A DNA stretch of 64,000 bases from Oikopleura dioica (Eukaryota; Animalia; Chordata). The notes beneath the pieces are model-generated. The model was not told the origin of the DNA, made no database searches, and worked only from the letters and a program-made list of their open reading frames with translations. The stretch is from assembly GCA_907165135.1 (NCBI GenBank), contig OU015567.1:15252001-15316000 (forward strand), in the 5' to 3' direction. This document shows, piece by piece, positions 48,803 to 61,230 of the stretch. Every line of letters begins with the position of its first letter. Position 1 is the first letter of the stretch. Made by a program: the position numbers and the translations under genes.

Positions 48803-51800
48803 ATGGATACTTCTTCTTACAAGTCATGTTACCAATCGCCCACTTTTACGTGGTTGCTTCAGACAATGGAAGAGAAAGCTGAAATAACCCTCACCGCAGG
48901 GTATCACCGCGTCAACTCGAGAGAGGTTGACCTCTTCCTTGATCCTGATTCAGACCCGGGATCGTCCAAGCCGCAGTCTACTTCCGTCAAATCGCAGGCG
49001 AGGGTTCGCAATTCAACCAACGATTTTATCAATTTTTTTTGCAAATTAATAATTTTGATTAAAAAACTTCTGGTCAGTTGCCGAACCATAATCAAAGACA
49101 GTTACAAAATTCAGCTGGCCAAAAGCGTACTACATTGGATCACTCATTACTGCCAGCAACACGGTAAACATTGTTTATTGAAGAATGTCTCCTAGTCATC
49201 ATTTAGTTCATCGCGTACGTTATCCGAGGCAAATCTGATGCTGTTCGAATTTTAAATCGTCTCACTGCCGCTCGAGTGCTCATCAAAGGCTTTGCTGGCC
49301 CAGTTTGCGACGTCGCCTTTGCCCACAGCGACTCGTCCCTCTTCGCCGCAATCGACGAAAGCGGCTCAATCTACATTTACTCAATCAGCCAGCCAGAAGG
49401 CAACTCGAAAAATATCGAGACCAAGCTTCTCTTCAAAGTTGAGAAGCGTAACACAATTCGAAATCCCTCCCACAGAATCGTCTGGTCGCCTAAAATTCAT
49501 CACTCCAAAAACGAAGACGAGCCCGAGCTAGTTGTCGAAACCAACTATCTCGCCGCAACGAGCATGAACGACATTGAAGTATTCAAGCTTCATCAAATCA
49601 TCAACGACGAAGTCACGAAGCAAGGAGAACCAGTGATCAAGAAAGACGATGATTTGCTCAATGGTTTTACTGGCTACGTTGGTTTCCAAGCCCACGCAAA
49701 TGTCATCACCGATGTTTCGATCGCCCCGGACGGCGCTGTCATGTGTACTTCATCCGAAGACGGCTATGTCCGATTCTGGAACACTGCTGGCCTCACCGAG
49801 GACAGGTCCGAGACTCCCAATACCCTGCACGAGTGGTACCCGCATGACAAAGCACCTGTTAATTGCATCAAATTCCTGGACAATTACCAAGTCTCAGACC
49901 CTGACGTGCCTTACTGGCGATTCCTGCTCACTGCGGCAAAACAAACTCAAGAGATTAAAATCTGGTGTACAGTCAAGTGGAATTGTCTGCAGTCGCTCTC
50001 CTTTCACATGAATCCAATGGTGCCGCTGAACAATTACAGTATTCCTCCGCAAATGAAATTGGCCGTCGATCAGACCGGAAACTACATCATGATTACCGAT
50101 ATCAATCGTCGAGTCTTGTACTGTCTCGAGTGCTGCTCCGAGTTTGGGGACGGCGACCAGGGCCCGTACAGCAACGGTGACTGCTCCATCCGATCCATCA
50201 ACGTCTGCCTCATTGATACTCCGATTCTGTCCTTCCATATGTCCGCTGTCAAAGGTAAGTGTCCTTGATCGCGAGCGTTAATAGGAAGTAATCGTTTAGG
50301 TATCACAATGATGTCGGCCGAAGAGCCCCCGCGTCGCCGTCGAGGAGTGCAAATCCAATCATTTACACTCCACCAGTCTAATCTTTACAAACTTCAAAGT
50401 CGAATCCTTCACCACAAGAGTTTCCTGACTGAAGTGCCCAATTCCGGCGGCGGCACACCTTCTGGCATTCTCTCTCCGCAGCGAGTCCTGTCTCCTGGTC
50501 TTTCTGGCGATGAGGTAAATTGAAAAATAGCTCAATTTAAACTTGCTCGCTCTATGACAAGGGCATGCGAAGCTGTCTGTGAGGAGTATCAGCTCCTGAC
50601 TGGTCTTTGCGGGGTGTTAACTCACCTTGTGAAATGTCAGCTCAATTTTTTCTCTCAACTACTGCAATCTTTAGCAAATCTACTCGCCCAAATCGAGACT
50701 ATCCGACAGTGAGGAGCCGAAGAAACGCTCGCGCTCTAAGACCCCTTCGCGACGCAATAAATCCAAATCGCCAGCGAGGAAGATGAGCCAAGGTTTGACT
50801 TTTTACTTTGAATAGATCTTTCTGTTGATTTTTCATAAACAAACTTTTTATACTGCAATTTAACCGCATAAATTTTATATTGAAAACCCGTAAAGAGTAC
50901 CATTCTAGAGCTTTAAATTCTAGAAAAAAATCGGTGCGCGCAGTATTCGCAAAAACACTGAGCGGTAGCCGCGTCTGGCCCGAGGGTTAATTTAGCTGAA
51001 AATCATTCAAATAAGCGCAATTATGAAATTCAAAGTTAACTTTGCTGGCTGCGATGTTTTTATCTTGAATTAGTATTTTTTCAATGAGAGGAAAATTTTC
51101 ACAAAAGTTGCAATTTTTTGAAACGCTTTCTTCAGACTCGAGCTTGGGCAGCGAGAAAAAATCGCCGCAAAAAGAGGAAAGCATGAATGACATGAGCTCA
51201 ATCATGGAAAAGCTGAAGAGTCAACCGAGAAGACAGAGCAACAGCTCGACCAGTACTAATGGTGCGATCGAGTCTACAACCGGCCTTGACGCTGACAAAC
51301 CATCAGAACCAGTCCAAACAGAGCCAGAAGCCCAAACAACAGCTTCGACTGAAATTCCAGTTAGTTTCGCATCTGACGAGGAGAAAAAGTCAAGTGGAGA
51401 CAGCAAATCAGAAGCGGACGAAAGTTCATCCGTTGGTACAAAGCCAGCGATTTTAGACAAATTGTTCGGCAAGAAAAGCGTTCCTGAACCAGAACCAGCA
51501 GCCAAATTCGAACAAGAGTCGCCAAAAGAGCCCGAACCAAAGCCAGAGAAGCAGCCTTCTCTTTTGGAAAGCATTTTCAGTCAAGCATCAAAGAAAGGCA
51601 AGGGAGTAGTTACTCTCGAAGACGATAGCACCTTGACGAACGTCACGCCCATCAACATGCAAGAAGAGAGCGAGTTGCACGAAGCAGAGCTCACTCCTCG
51701 CGAGACCGAACGGGAGGATCCGATGACAGCAATGAACAATCTCCTCCAGTCGCTCAAAGCGCAGACGGAAAACAAGACAAAGAGCCCTGAAGTGCCCCAT

Positions 51801-54800
51801 GAACCGCTGCCCGTTGCTTCTTCGTCAAACAAAGTCTCATTGATCTTTGGCGATCAGATTCTCAGCGACATAAATAGGATCATCGGCTCCATCAAGTACA
51901 ATTGCGAAATCCATATGCTTGATGGCGCGCTCACCAAAAACATCAAAAAGTATGTGACCGAGATGGGAACACGAAAAGACGCCGAAGTCGTTATCTTCCA
52001 TGTTGGCAGTAATGATATCTCCGCCAAAACAACAGAGAGCCAGTTCAACACTGATCTGATGCTGCTTTTCGGAGCCGCACGAAGTGCTTTTCCGAATGCG
52101 AAGCTTTGCATGAGCTCCGTTCTTCCAAGACACGACGAGTTCGCGTCAAAAGTATCCAAGTTCAATTCCGAAGCGCTGAAACAATGCGAAGTCTGCTTCA
52201 TCGAATTCTTGGACAATACGAAGATCTTCCAGAAAATCGACAACTTCGCTTATCAAAGTGATCCCAGCGAATGCCTAGCGCTCAATGAACACGGAAAGGA
52301 AAACCTGTGGATCCATTTCTTGTGCTTTATCGAAGATCATGTTCAAGAAGGAAGTTCTTACACCTCAGTCAAGTTTATTGAAGGTCCACGATTATCCCCG
52401 AAACTTCCAAAAGATGGAATTGAAGTACGAAACCTAACTCCTGTTTGCGAAGACAGAGATGAGCCTCCAGAAGTCGAGTCGGAAGACGAAGCACCAAAGG
52501 TACCAGAAGAACCGAGAGTCGAAGGCGATGGCTCGAAGAAACCAACCGCCGGACGAGATGGAAATGCGGACGGATCTCAGAGTCCATTGCCACCTACTCC
52601 TACTTCTCTTATCCCGACGCGTTCTCAGCGCATTCCAGCAGCTCCTGTTCAGACTCAACTTGTCAATGGAACTCCAAGCCAGAGTGACATAAGCACGCTT
52701 ATTATGATGATGAAGAAGCAATCTGAAGACATTGAATCCCTTAGAGCTGAAATGAGACGGAACCAGGTACTTATATTCGTTTAAATTATTGTTCTCGATA
52801 TTCTCCTTCTAGAGAAACAATCAGGAGAACATGACAAGACTAAATCAGGACATGCGAATTAACACGAGCCAAAGCAAATCAAACGGCCTTCCAAATTCGT
52901 CTATCGACGCCGTGTTACCCGGGTATTTGCATATCATAAAAGCATTGGGCTTATTTAACGCGCATATTTAGAATTCAAAAGAGAGTTGGAGATGCAGTCG
53001 AGCGCGCATCAGCGGAGAAGATCGAGCAGCTCAAGCCGACGATTCAAAAGCATATTGAGAGGGTTGTTCAGAACGCCACTCCTGGAATGATGCAGGCAAT
53101 GTCGAAGACAATGGAACAGACAGTCAAAAGTGTCTATCAAAGCTCAATTGAGAAAACATCGATACCTCAATTTGAAAAAGCAACACGCGAGATGTTCGAT
53201 CAGCTCTCTGTTGCTTTCAGCAGAGGCCAAGAGGAATATATATCCAGGTTAATATGTCTCATCGTTAAATTGTTTTAACAGTTGTCTTAGAATCGAAAAA
53301 ATGTTGGAAAAACGAGTGCGAGCCGAAGTGAGCTCAATCGAAGGCACAGTCGCCAACGCTGAGGATCCAAATGGACGTCTATCCGCAAACCTATCAGCCA
53401 ATATTTCCCAGACTCTACAGACGCAACTCCTATCAGATCTAAATAAGCAAATGGCGCGAAACGCACAGGAGCAAAACCAGTTTATGAACCGCACTTTCGC
53501 ACAACTACGACAACAATTGGTAATTTGCACTTATAATTTTGGAATCAAAACATGTTTGTAGATAATGGACATTCAAAAAATGCTCGACAACCACACAAAT
53601 CAGCTTGACAACAAAGTAGAAGATGCTATTGCTCGTGCTCAGACTCCAGCTCCTGTCCAAATCGACGAAAACGCGGATGTTCGAGACAAGGTACCTTCAC
53701 ATCTCCTCTCATTCTCTTCTAAAACTGTTCAGATTCGCGCATATTTGAATGGAGAAAAATATAATGAAGCATTTACGGCTGCGTTGATGCAGTCCAACTT
53801 GGGGCTTGTTGTGGACACGATGGAGTCGGTAGACTCTGCGAAAATCTTCAGCCCCGAAGCGGGGCCAAGCGGGACATGCCTTGAGGCGCGTGGTGATAAA
53901 TACAGTAAGGCAAATAGACAACCAAAAAGCTCTCAAGCAAAAGGAAACATTTCAAAGCCAAAAATCATCGCTTCCAATACTTCTACCTTTCCTAAACCTT
54001 CTCTTTCTCTTACTCCTTCTAACTCTTCCCAAGTCCGGCCTCGTTCGGCAAAGCTCATCAAATCTGAGTACAAGCTCAAGCCAAAGGCTCTTCCTGAGAG
54101 GCCCGCTGAAACTAACTACAATAATCTAACATCTGAAATAATCTCGTCCTGCGAGTCGTTCTACGACTCCGATCATTACTCGTCAAAACCGATCCAGAAT
54201 AAGTCTTTGGCTCGTAAAGATTCAGCTTTTCTGGACGATTCTGACATGGACATACGCTCGAGCACAGATACCAAGCTCAGTCGATTTTTTCTTTTGAATA
54301 AATATTAATTTACGTAGGCCTTGATCTTTTTCTCTCTCTCTCTCTTTCTTTTCCTCTTTCACTTCCTTTCTGCTTCAATAAAGACTACACGGCTTTCGTT
54401 TTTGGCAAAGTTTTAAAGGAAAAGTGAGTATGTCTGATCAAAAAATCACCACGCTGAAGCAAAATATTATTCTGTCTTTGATCTCCCAGCTGTCTCAGGA
54501 TCTTGGAACGAAGTCAGCGTTGAAGCTTACATATCTACAGGATGCTGTGTTGAGTCTTAATTATCTTCACCCTTCTTCGCAGCATTTCCCACAAGTTCTT
54601 GGTTTGTGTTATTTAAGTTTTTCATCGCTCTTATGTCTGATTAGGAGAGCTGCAGCAAAAGATCCAACAGTTCATCCAACTCAATCCCCGCGATCCAAAT
54701 GCCCGGACCTTCAAGATGCTGAACATGACCGTGGCTGGAATCGTCAAAGAAATCGCCGGAGCAAGTGTTCATTTGGACGTCTCCAGATCGAATATGGGAG

Positions 54801-54832
54801 CTGCTCCTGGTCGAAACGCAACGTTTTCATAA
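48803..54832 (+). CDS. EDC4: Enhancer of mRNA decapping 4 (Ge-1): WD40, long linker containing an SGNH-like domain, helical region, C-terminal domain
   Basis: VTKFSWPKAYYIGSLI, LIKGFAGPVCDVAFAH, APDGAVMCTSSEDGYVRFW, WRFLLTAAKQTQEIKIWC (WD40); IPQFEKATREMFDQL; YNEAFTAAL; NIILSLISQLSQDL...KLTYLQDAV (C-terminal domain). Confidence 0.93.
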
Positions 54833-55402
54833 AAAAAAATCACCTAAATCGAATCACGAAGTTATCCCCTATTGAAATCCAGTTCATTGCACCTTTCCCC
54901 TCTTCCCAAAAGTTAACTTATTTTCCCGGCGCCTACTATGCATCACCAACATTGTGAGCCAAAACCCTAAAAATTCACACAGCCACTCGAGCAATTTTCG
55001 CCACGGGCAATCCGTATATTTCAACTCTCACCTACTAGGCCACTTACTTGTTCATTATCATCATTTTACCTCCTCCTGACGTGAAAAAAAAACACGTTTA
55101 CCGCAAAAAAATACAGTCTCAGTTGTCTCTAGTCAGAATTGATGTGTTCAAATAATCAAATAAATAAACTGAGCTTCCAAACAAAAAAAAATATATAATT
55201 TTCACACTTGTTAATAATCTACTGTAAAATATAAACCGGTCAAAAATGCCGACCTTGACCATTATTTTGCTTTCCTGTTGTTTTTGTTTCCACTTTTTGG
55301 TACTTTTGCGTTCTTCAATAAATAAATTACAACACTGAGTTTTTTCACTAATTTAAAACATACGATCGTTTTCAACTTTCAAGTCAGTCGCATCTTTCAA
55401 GT

Positions 55403-56480
55403 ATGATCTCGGCTCTCAAGGGTCAGTCCGGTCCAATACTTGTTGGAGTTGTATCCTGGACTTTCGCGACGCTCCAAAAGCATCAATTTGAGACAAGACA
55501 AGCCGAAGTCGCTACTATTGCCGAGAAGATCCGTGTTCTTTATGGCCCGCTCAGGGGCAATCGCCTTGGTGAGTCAATTTTGCGTTTTTCTTCTTCTTTT
55601 ATGATTTACCAGAAAACTAGTTTACCGATCATCGTACGCTGCGATTACTCAGGATCAACCTCTCAAAGATTGGCTCCAAAAAGCACAAGAAACAAAAAAT
55701 AAAGAAATGATAATTGCCTGGAGAAAGTAAGTCTACATTTCTCTTTAATAATGTAGCGATAAATGTTAACATAAATTCTATCGGTTCCATGTCTCAACTT
55801 TGCATCCACTTGATCTGGAGGCGGTCAAACTGATCAAAAATAACTCCCATTTGATTCATAAGGTTCAGCTTCCTTTCTTCTTTCGCTCTCTCTCTACCTA
55901 AAATGGGCTTGCGTGAAAAATTTACTACTAACTCGCGCGTTTGTTTTCAAAATTGTGTTCCGCATTGATGAACATGAATTCGGGCACCAAGTTTCTTTCG
56001 AGTTTCTTTTTTGAGTTGGATTTTTAAGAATTGCAACCCCGTCGAATTTGAGAAATTCATCACTCGTGTGAGTGGAAATGTCTACCAAATGGAGACCTGG
56101 ACGAACGAGCTGGGTAGGATAGAGAAAGCTGACCAGATGGACGACAATGACTTGCTGGTGGAAAATAACCTCATCGGATTCCGCTGCAAAAGAAAAAACG
56201 TAAAATGTGTTTTGTGTTTTTTGGTTATATAATCTTTTCTAGAGCACTGATCCATTTGGTGATTGTGGAAACTGCGCGCTCTCAAGTTACGTTGACGGTG
56301 TTCTCGACGAGCTACAAACTGTAAGTAAGGTAAATTTAGGCGTGTGGAAGAATAAAATTTATAGCGGAAAAACGAACTCGAGGGGCATCTTCAATCTCAT
56401 TCTTCAATTTGGGGCTCAATGGTTGCGCTCTTCGCGATATTTGCAAGCTATGCCCAGTGACCTTTCACATCTAACTGTTC
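55403..56480 (+). CDS. Uncharacterised multi-exon protein with N-terminal hydrophobic anchor
   Basis: ILVGVVSWTFATL, then VLYGPLRG...AWR...HPLDLEAVKLIKNNSHLI; several GT-AG introns; 3' end approximate. Confidence 0.55.
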
Positions 56481-56549
56481 CCCTCTTCTCTTCAAGCAGA
56501 TTTATTTCAGCAATCCAAACTCGCCACTCATCCTTCTTCTTCTTTTCAG

Positions 56550-59397
56550 ATGGGCAGTAGCGATGCCGAAAAACGCATCCTCAGACTTAGACAGAAATTG
56601 GCAAAGCCCTTCGAGTCAGACAAGAGAGCATACTCGGTATGAGATGCCACGAGATTTACAGCTCCGCTGAAATAAGAGCTAATTTAGGTGATAAACGAGC
56701 TTAAGAATCTCAATGTTAAAGGGAAGACCATCAAAGAAGTCAGGATTAGGGACCATCTCAAGAATTTTCTGAGAAACTACGAGAGGAAGTATGAATTTTC
56801 TCAGCCAAGATATAAATTTGAAAATCTAATTATAGGCTTGAGAAAAGGACGATCGAACGCGCCAAAGAAGTTCTTGCTCGTTTCAAAGAAATTCAAACAC
56901 GATTTGAAGAGAGAAGAGCATTCGGTTCTGACTCAAGCTCCGATGAAGAAGAAACTCGCCGTCGAAAGTCGTCAGGTTCTGACTCTGAAGATGATGGTGA
57001 TGATGTTCCAGTGAAACAACCCCCTAAGAAACTCCGGTTTGTAATTCTTTCCAAAGCTCTTTTCATCTGAAAATTAAGGGGCTTCTTCATGGACGACGAC
57101 GACGACGACGACGACGCCGGCGAAGATGACGACGAGGACGAGCTGGAAGATCTAATCGACGACGAAGCGGACATGAGCTACCTAAACGGCGGCGATGACA
57201 TAGATCTATATCAAGCCTTCCCAGCTGACGACGATGATGATCCCTTGGCTCTTTTGAATAAACTTACAAGCGAAAAAGAAAACAAGAAAGAAAAATTATC
57301 AAAAAAGCGCCGCAGTGATGTAAATTACGAAAGCCAAAAACCATCGAAGCGCGTTAAATCGTCACACGACGACTCTCAATTACAGAAGCAGCGACTCAAA
57401 GAGAAAGAAAAAGAAAGAGAGCGCATCAGACGAGAAAGGGAGCGCGAAAAATTTCTTGCAGAAGAAAATGAAAGGAAGGCGCGAAAGAGGGAAAAGGAAC
57501 GGCTGAAGATTGAGAAGCTAAAGAGGGAAGAAGAAGAGGCCAAACGCGCAGCTGAAAAAGCGAAAAAGAAGAAGCGCAAAGAAAAGGAGCGTGCTCTAGC
57601 TGCTCAGCTAAAAACTGAGTGGAACAGTGAGTACACTCCCTCAAGCGTCAAAGCAGAACCTTCGGAAGAATACGTTCCCTCCTTCTCAAATTCAAAATCG
57701 AAGAGCAAAACCTCGCGTCAGTCGATCAAAGAAGAGTACATTCCCCAATCCGTCAGTAGTTCCAAGCATACTGTAAAGCAAGAATACATCCCCGCACAAA
57801 GCGAGAAAAAACCAAAGAAAAAGAAAGAAAAACTGCATGTGAAACAAGAACGCTACTCATCACCTCCTAGACAAGCGAGCTCCTCCAAACCTATTGACCT
57901 TTTTGGGACAGATTCTGAATCAGATGGAGGAGCACCTCCTACCCCTTCACCGCCGAGATATAAAAAGAGTATCAGGCCAGAACCTCGCCAAGAGATACCA
58001 ACTACTTCAAGAGTTTCGCATAAGCCAGCATACGATCCAAAGCCCGAAGTCAAAGAAGAGCCAGAGGAACCGCCACTTACCATCGCGCAACAAATCGAAG
58101 AAAAGAAGCTTGCGAAAAAGAAAGCCGAGAAAAAACTCAAAAAAGCGAAGAACAAGACAAATCTCGTTGCAAAAGAGGAAATGGAAACGGAAGGTTTTTC
58201 CTTCGAAGCGATGATGTCGATGAACACGGCGAAGGTAAAGAAGAAAAAGAAGGCGAAAAAACTCAACGTCGATGAATCAAATGCGAGCTGCTTGCAACTT
58301 TCTGCAGCGGATATGAAGCGCTTGCCGATGAATTCTGGCGCCTCAGCTGCTGCCAAAAAGCCACCGAAAGAACTCAACGATCGTGACGCTGCTTTTTTGG
58401 CAACGACTAGTAAGAAAGGTAGGGATCTTTAATGAAACTTATCTGGCAGCGATTGATTATTATAATTAGGCGGAGTGCAGGAACTACTCGCTGAACGCAG
58501 CTCGTTGAAAGTCAGATTAGTGGCAAAGGTGTACCCTTTGATGGAAATTTGCCAAAAGATGCTCACAACTCATCCACAGTATCTCTTGAATTGTATGGAT
58601 CAATTTGTTTACGCGGCGGACGTTATCATGCCTGCTCTTGAACGTCTCGACGCGAAGAGTTTGAATCTAGTAAGCCCCAAGGAGCCAGATCAGAGTTTTA
58701 ATGGTCGTTTCGTAGCTTGAAGAGCATCAACCGCATCTCGAAGAGGACACAAATCACATTTGGCGAAAACTGTGCAACGCAAAATATGGACTCGTCAGTT
58801 CGAGCACAGTCGAGGGACGCGGAGAGACATGGAAGGAAGGCTTCATTCGGTGAGTTAGTGACTCAGGAAGTTGCAAAAACATCCATATCTTTAGACTGAC
58901 AAATGAAAATGACGCTCGCCTAAAAGTCCTCACGAAGAAAATTGTCAAGAAAACGGCAAAAGACGAAGCAAAACAGTTGAATACGAAACTTGCATTTTGC
59001 CATGGATATGTTAAGCCGCCTCCTGGTGTTAAAGTATGGCGGGTTTTTAATGCGTGCGAGGCTAATACTTTCGTGTTAGGTGTCGAGAACTGATATACGC
59101 AGCAAACGATTCGATGTTGATGTTCCAGGATATCAGAAATCGAAGCATCACAGTGCTACTGTTCCGGGAAATGTAAGTCGCATTTAGAATGATGCCCTTG
59201 AGCTTCCTACTTATATATTATCAACTATTGATTTACTCCCTGTTCAGCTTGGAACCCCAACGTCAAATCGACGGGACGTCGATCACACTGGCCGAACGCG
59301 AGTAAACGTAGCTTCCTCGGCGAACAACGCGTCCAAACGCAAAACTGGCCACCTCATGCAAAAAGCTTTACGAGGTATCGCAAAGTTCAAACGGTAG
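56550..59397 (+). CDS. ELOA: Elongin A (TFIIS-N-like N-terminus, low-complexity linker, BC-box/Elongin A domain)
   Basis: ATG after TTTTCAG; VYPLMEICQKML (BC-box-like); LEEHQPHLEEDTNHIWRKLC; ETWKEGF; ARLKVLTKKI; KLAFCHGYVKPP; GHLMQKAL. Confidence 0.85.
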
Positions 59398-59746
59398 TCT
59401 TCATTTTTTCTGCATGTTTGACTGCAGTAACTATTTTTGTCTCCCTGTATTCAACCTCCTCTTTTTAAGTTATTTTTCAGCTTACAACTTTAAGTTTCTT
59501 TTATTTCTGTAACCACCACTCTGCTGCTTTATTCTTGTCTTCAAAACTACTGTGCTTAATATTTATTCTTTTCAAATTGTGGCAAAAACAGCTAAGATCA
59601 ATTCATATTCCAATTCATAATTCGCTTTTTTGATGAATGTATGAATTAAGATTTTGAAACGGCCTTAATTATTATCTTGGCTGAGTGAGAAAATGGAAGC
59701 TATTTCTGTTTGATATTCTACCAGCAGTTAGCGGAAATCCAGCGTG

Positions 59747-61230
59747 ATGGATAGCATTATTCACCAGGTAGATTTGTCATTCGCACTCTGATTCAAGAAA
59801 GTAATTTATTTCTTTAGGCGCAGAAGACCGACGATGGCGCGGAACTGACAGCACTTACAGGGAACGAGTCTCGATCACGAGAAAGAGGCGGCTTCTTGCG
59901 GTCCCTCTTCTGCTGCTTCGGCGACCGGCGCAACTCGCACACATATGAGGAAGTATCGGAGCCGCCGCCTGAAGAACCGAGCCCAAAGCAGGAGGTAAGT
60001 GGCCACTCAACGTGATAGAGTGCCTAATCAAAAATTTGTTTGTTTCTTATCGAGGACATGGTCTACAGACCGTAGATCTGTAGCTAGCCGTTAACAATGC
60101 GGATAGCGCAGGCTCTAAAAGGTCTGAACATCAGAGGTAGTAGTACTCTTGTAACGAGAGTCTTGACAGTTGTTATTTAAAAAGTTTACTTTTTGTAGAT
60201 AAATTGGCCACTTTTGGGCCCCTTTGAAGTTTATTAAAAACAAGAAAGACAACGGTAACAGTTCAGCAATTAAAGACTATTCAAGCGGAAACGTCTTAGT
60301 TAACAATCTTTGACATATCAGGACTGACAAGTAATCTACGTGTAGTATTAGATCACCCGTGCCTCTATAAATAGCTTCTCACAGCTCTGAGCGGCTCTTA
60401 AAAATTTTAATAGGACGTTGTTGTCCCCGATCCATCACCTATCGTCTCACTGCTCGGCCCTGCGGACGATCCCAAGAAGATCTGTTGCGTGATAGATCTC
60501 GACGAAACTCTTGTGCATTCCTCGTTCAAGCCGATCGCCAACGCCGACTTCCATGTGCCAGTCGAGATTGAGAACATGGTTCATCAAGTATACGTGCTCA
60601 AGAGGCCATACGTGGATGAATTCCTCGCCAAAGTCGGCGAGTTATTCGAATGCGTCCTCTTCACCGCCTCATTAGCCAAATATGCTGACGAAGTCGCCAA
60701 CGAAATCGACCCAAATAAGTGAGCTCCGATTAATCAATCCAGATTTAATGAACATCAATCATTTCTAGTGAGTTTTCCAGCAGATTGTTTCGCGAGTCGT
60801 GCGTTTACGACAGGGGCAACTACGTCAAGGACTTGACCAAGCTCGGCAGACAGTTGGATAGAACGATCATTATTGACAACTCGCCGGCTAGTTATTTATT
60901 TCAACCTCAAAATGCGATCCCAGTCAGTAGCTGGTTCGAAGATAAAAATGACACACTGCTACGAGGTGAGGAAATCCTCATAAATAGCACCCCATTCAAT
61001 CCTTTCCCTGGGGAAATGGGGATGAAAGGGGGTAGAACCATCCCCAACCCCACTATGCCCTCTTTGATGGTGCATTTTACCCATTCTAGCACAGTACTAA
61101 TAACTTAAATTCAGATATAATTCCTGATATGGAGCGCATCGCCGAATCCACACCAGAAGATTTTTACACCGTGGTCAGACAAGTGCAGCAAAGAATAGCC
61201 CAGCTCGTCGAAGGCTACAACTCCCAGTGA
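59747..61230 (+). CDS. CTDSP: Small CTD phosphatase (SCP/CTDSP family, FCP1-like HAD)
   Basis: [68 protein letters not shown]. Confidence 0.95.

Noticed and set aside
50525-50690. C/D snoRNA in an EDC4 intron (ATGACAA...TGAGGA...CTGA)
   Set aside because: C box is poor, no terminal stem, and no recognisable rRNA or snRNA complementarity.
57089-57135. (GAC)n trinucleotide repeat
   Set aside because: Encodes the poly-Asp tract of ELOA; ordinary coding low complexity.
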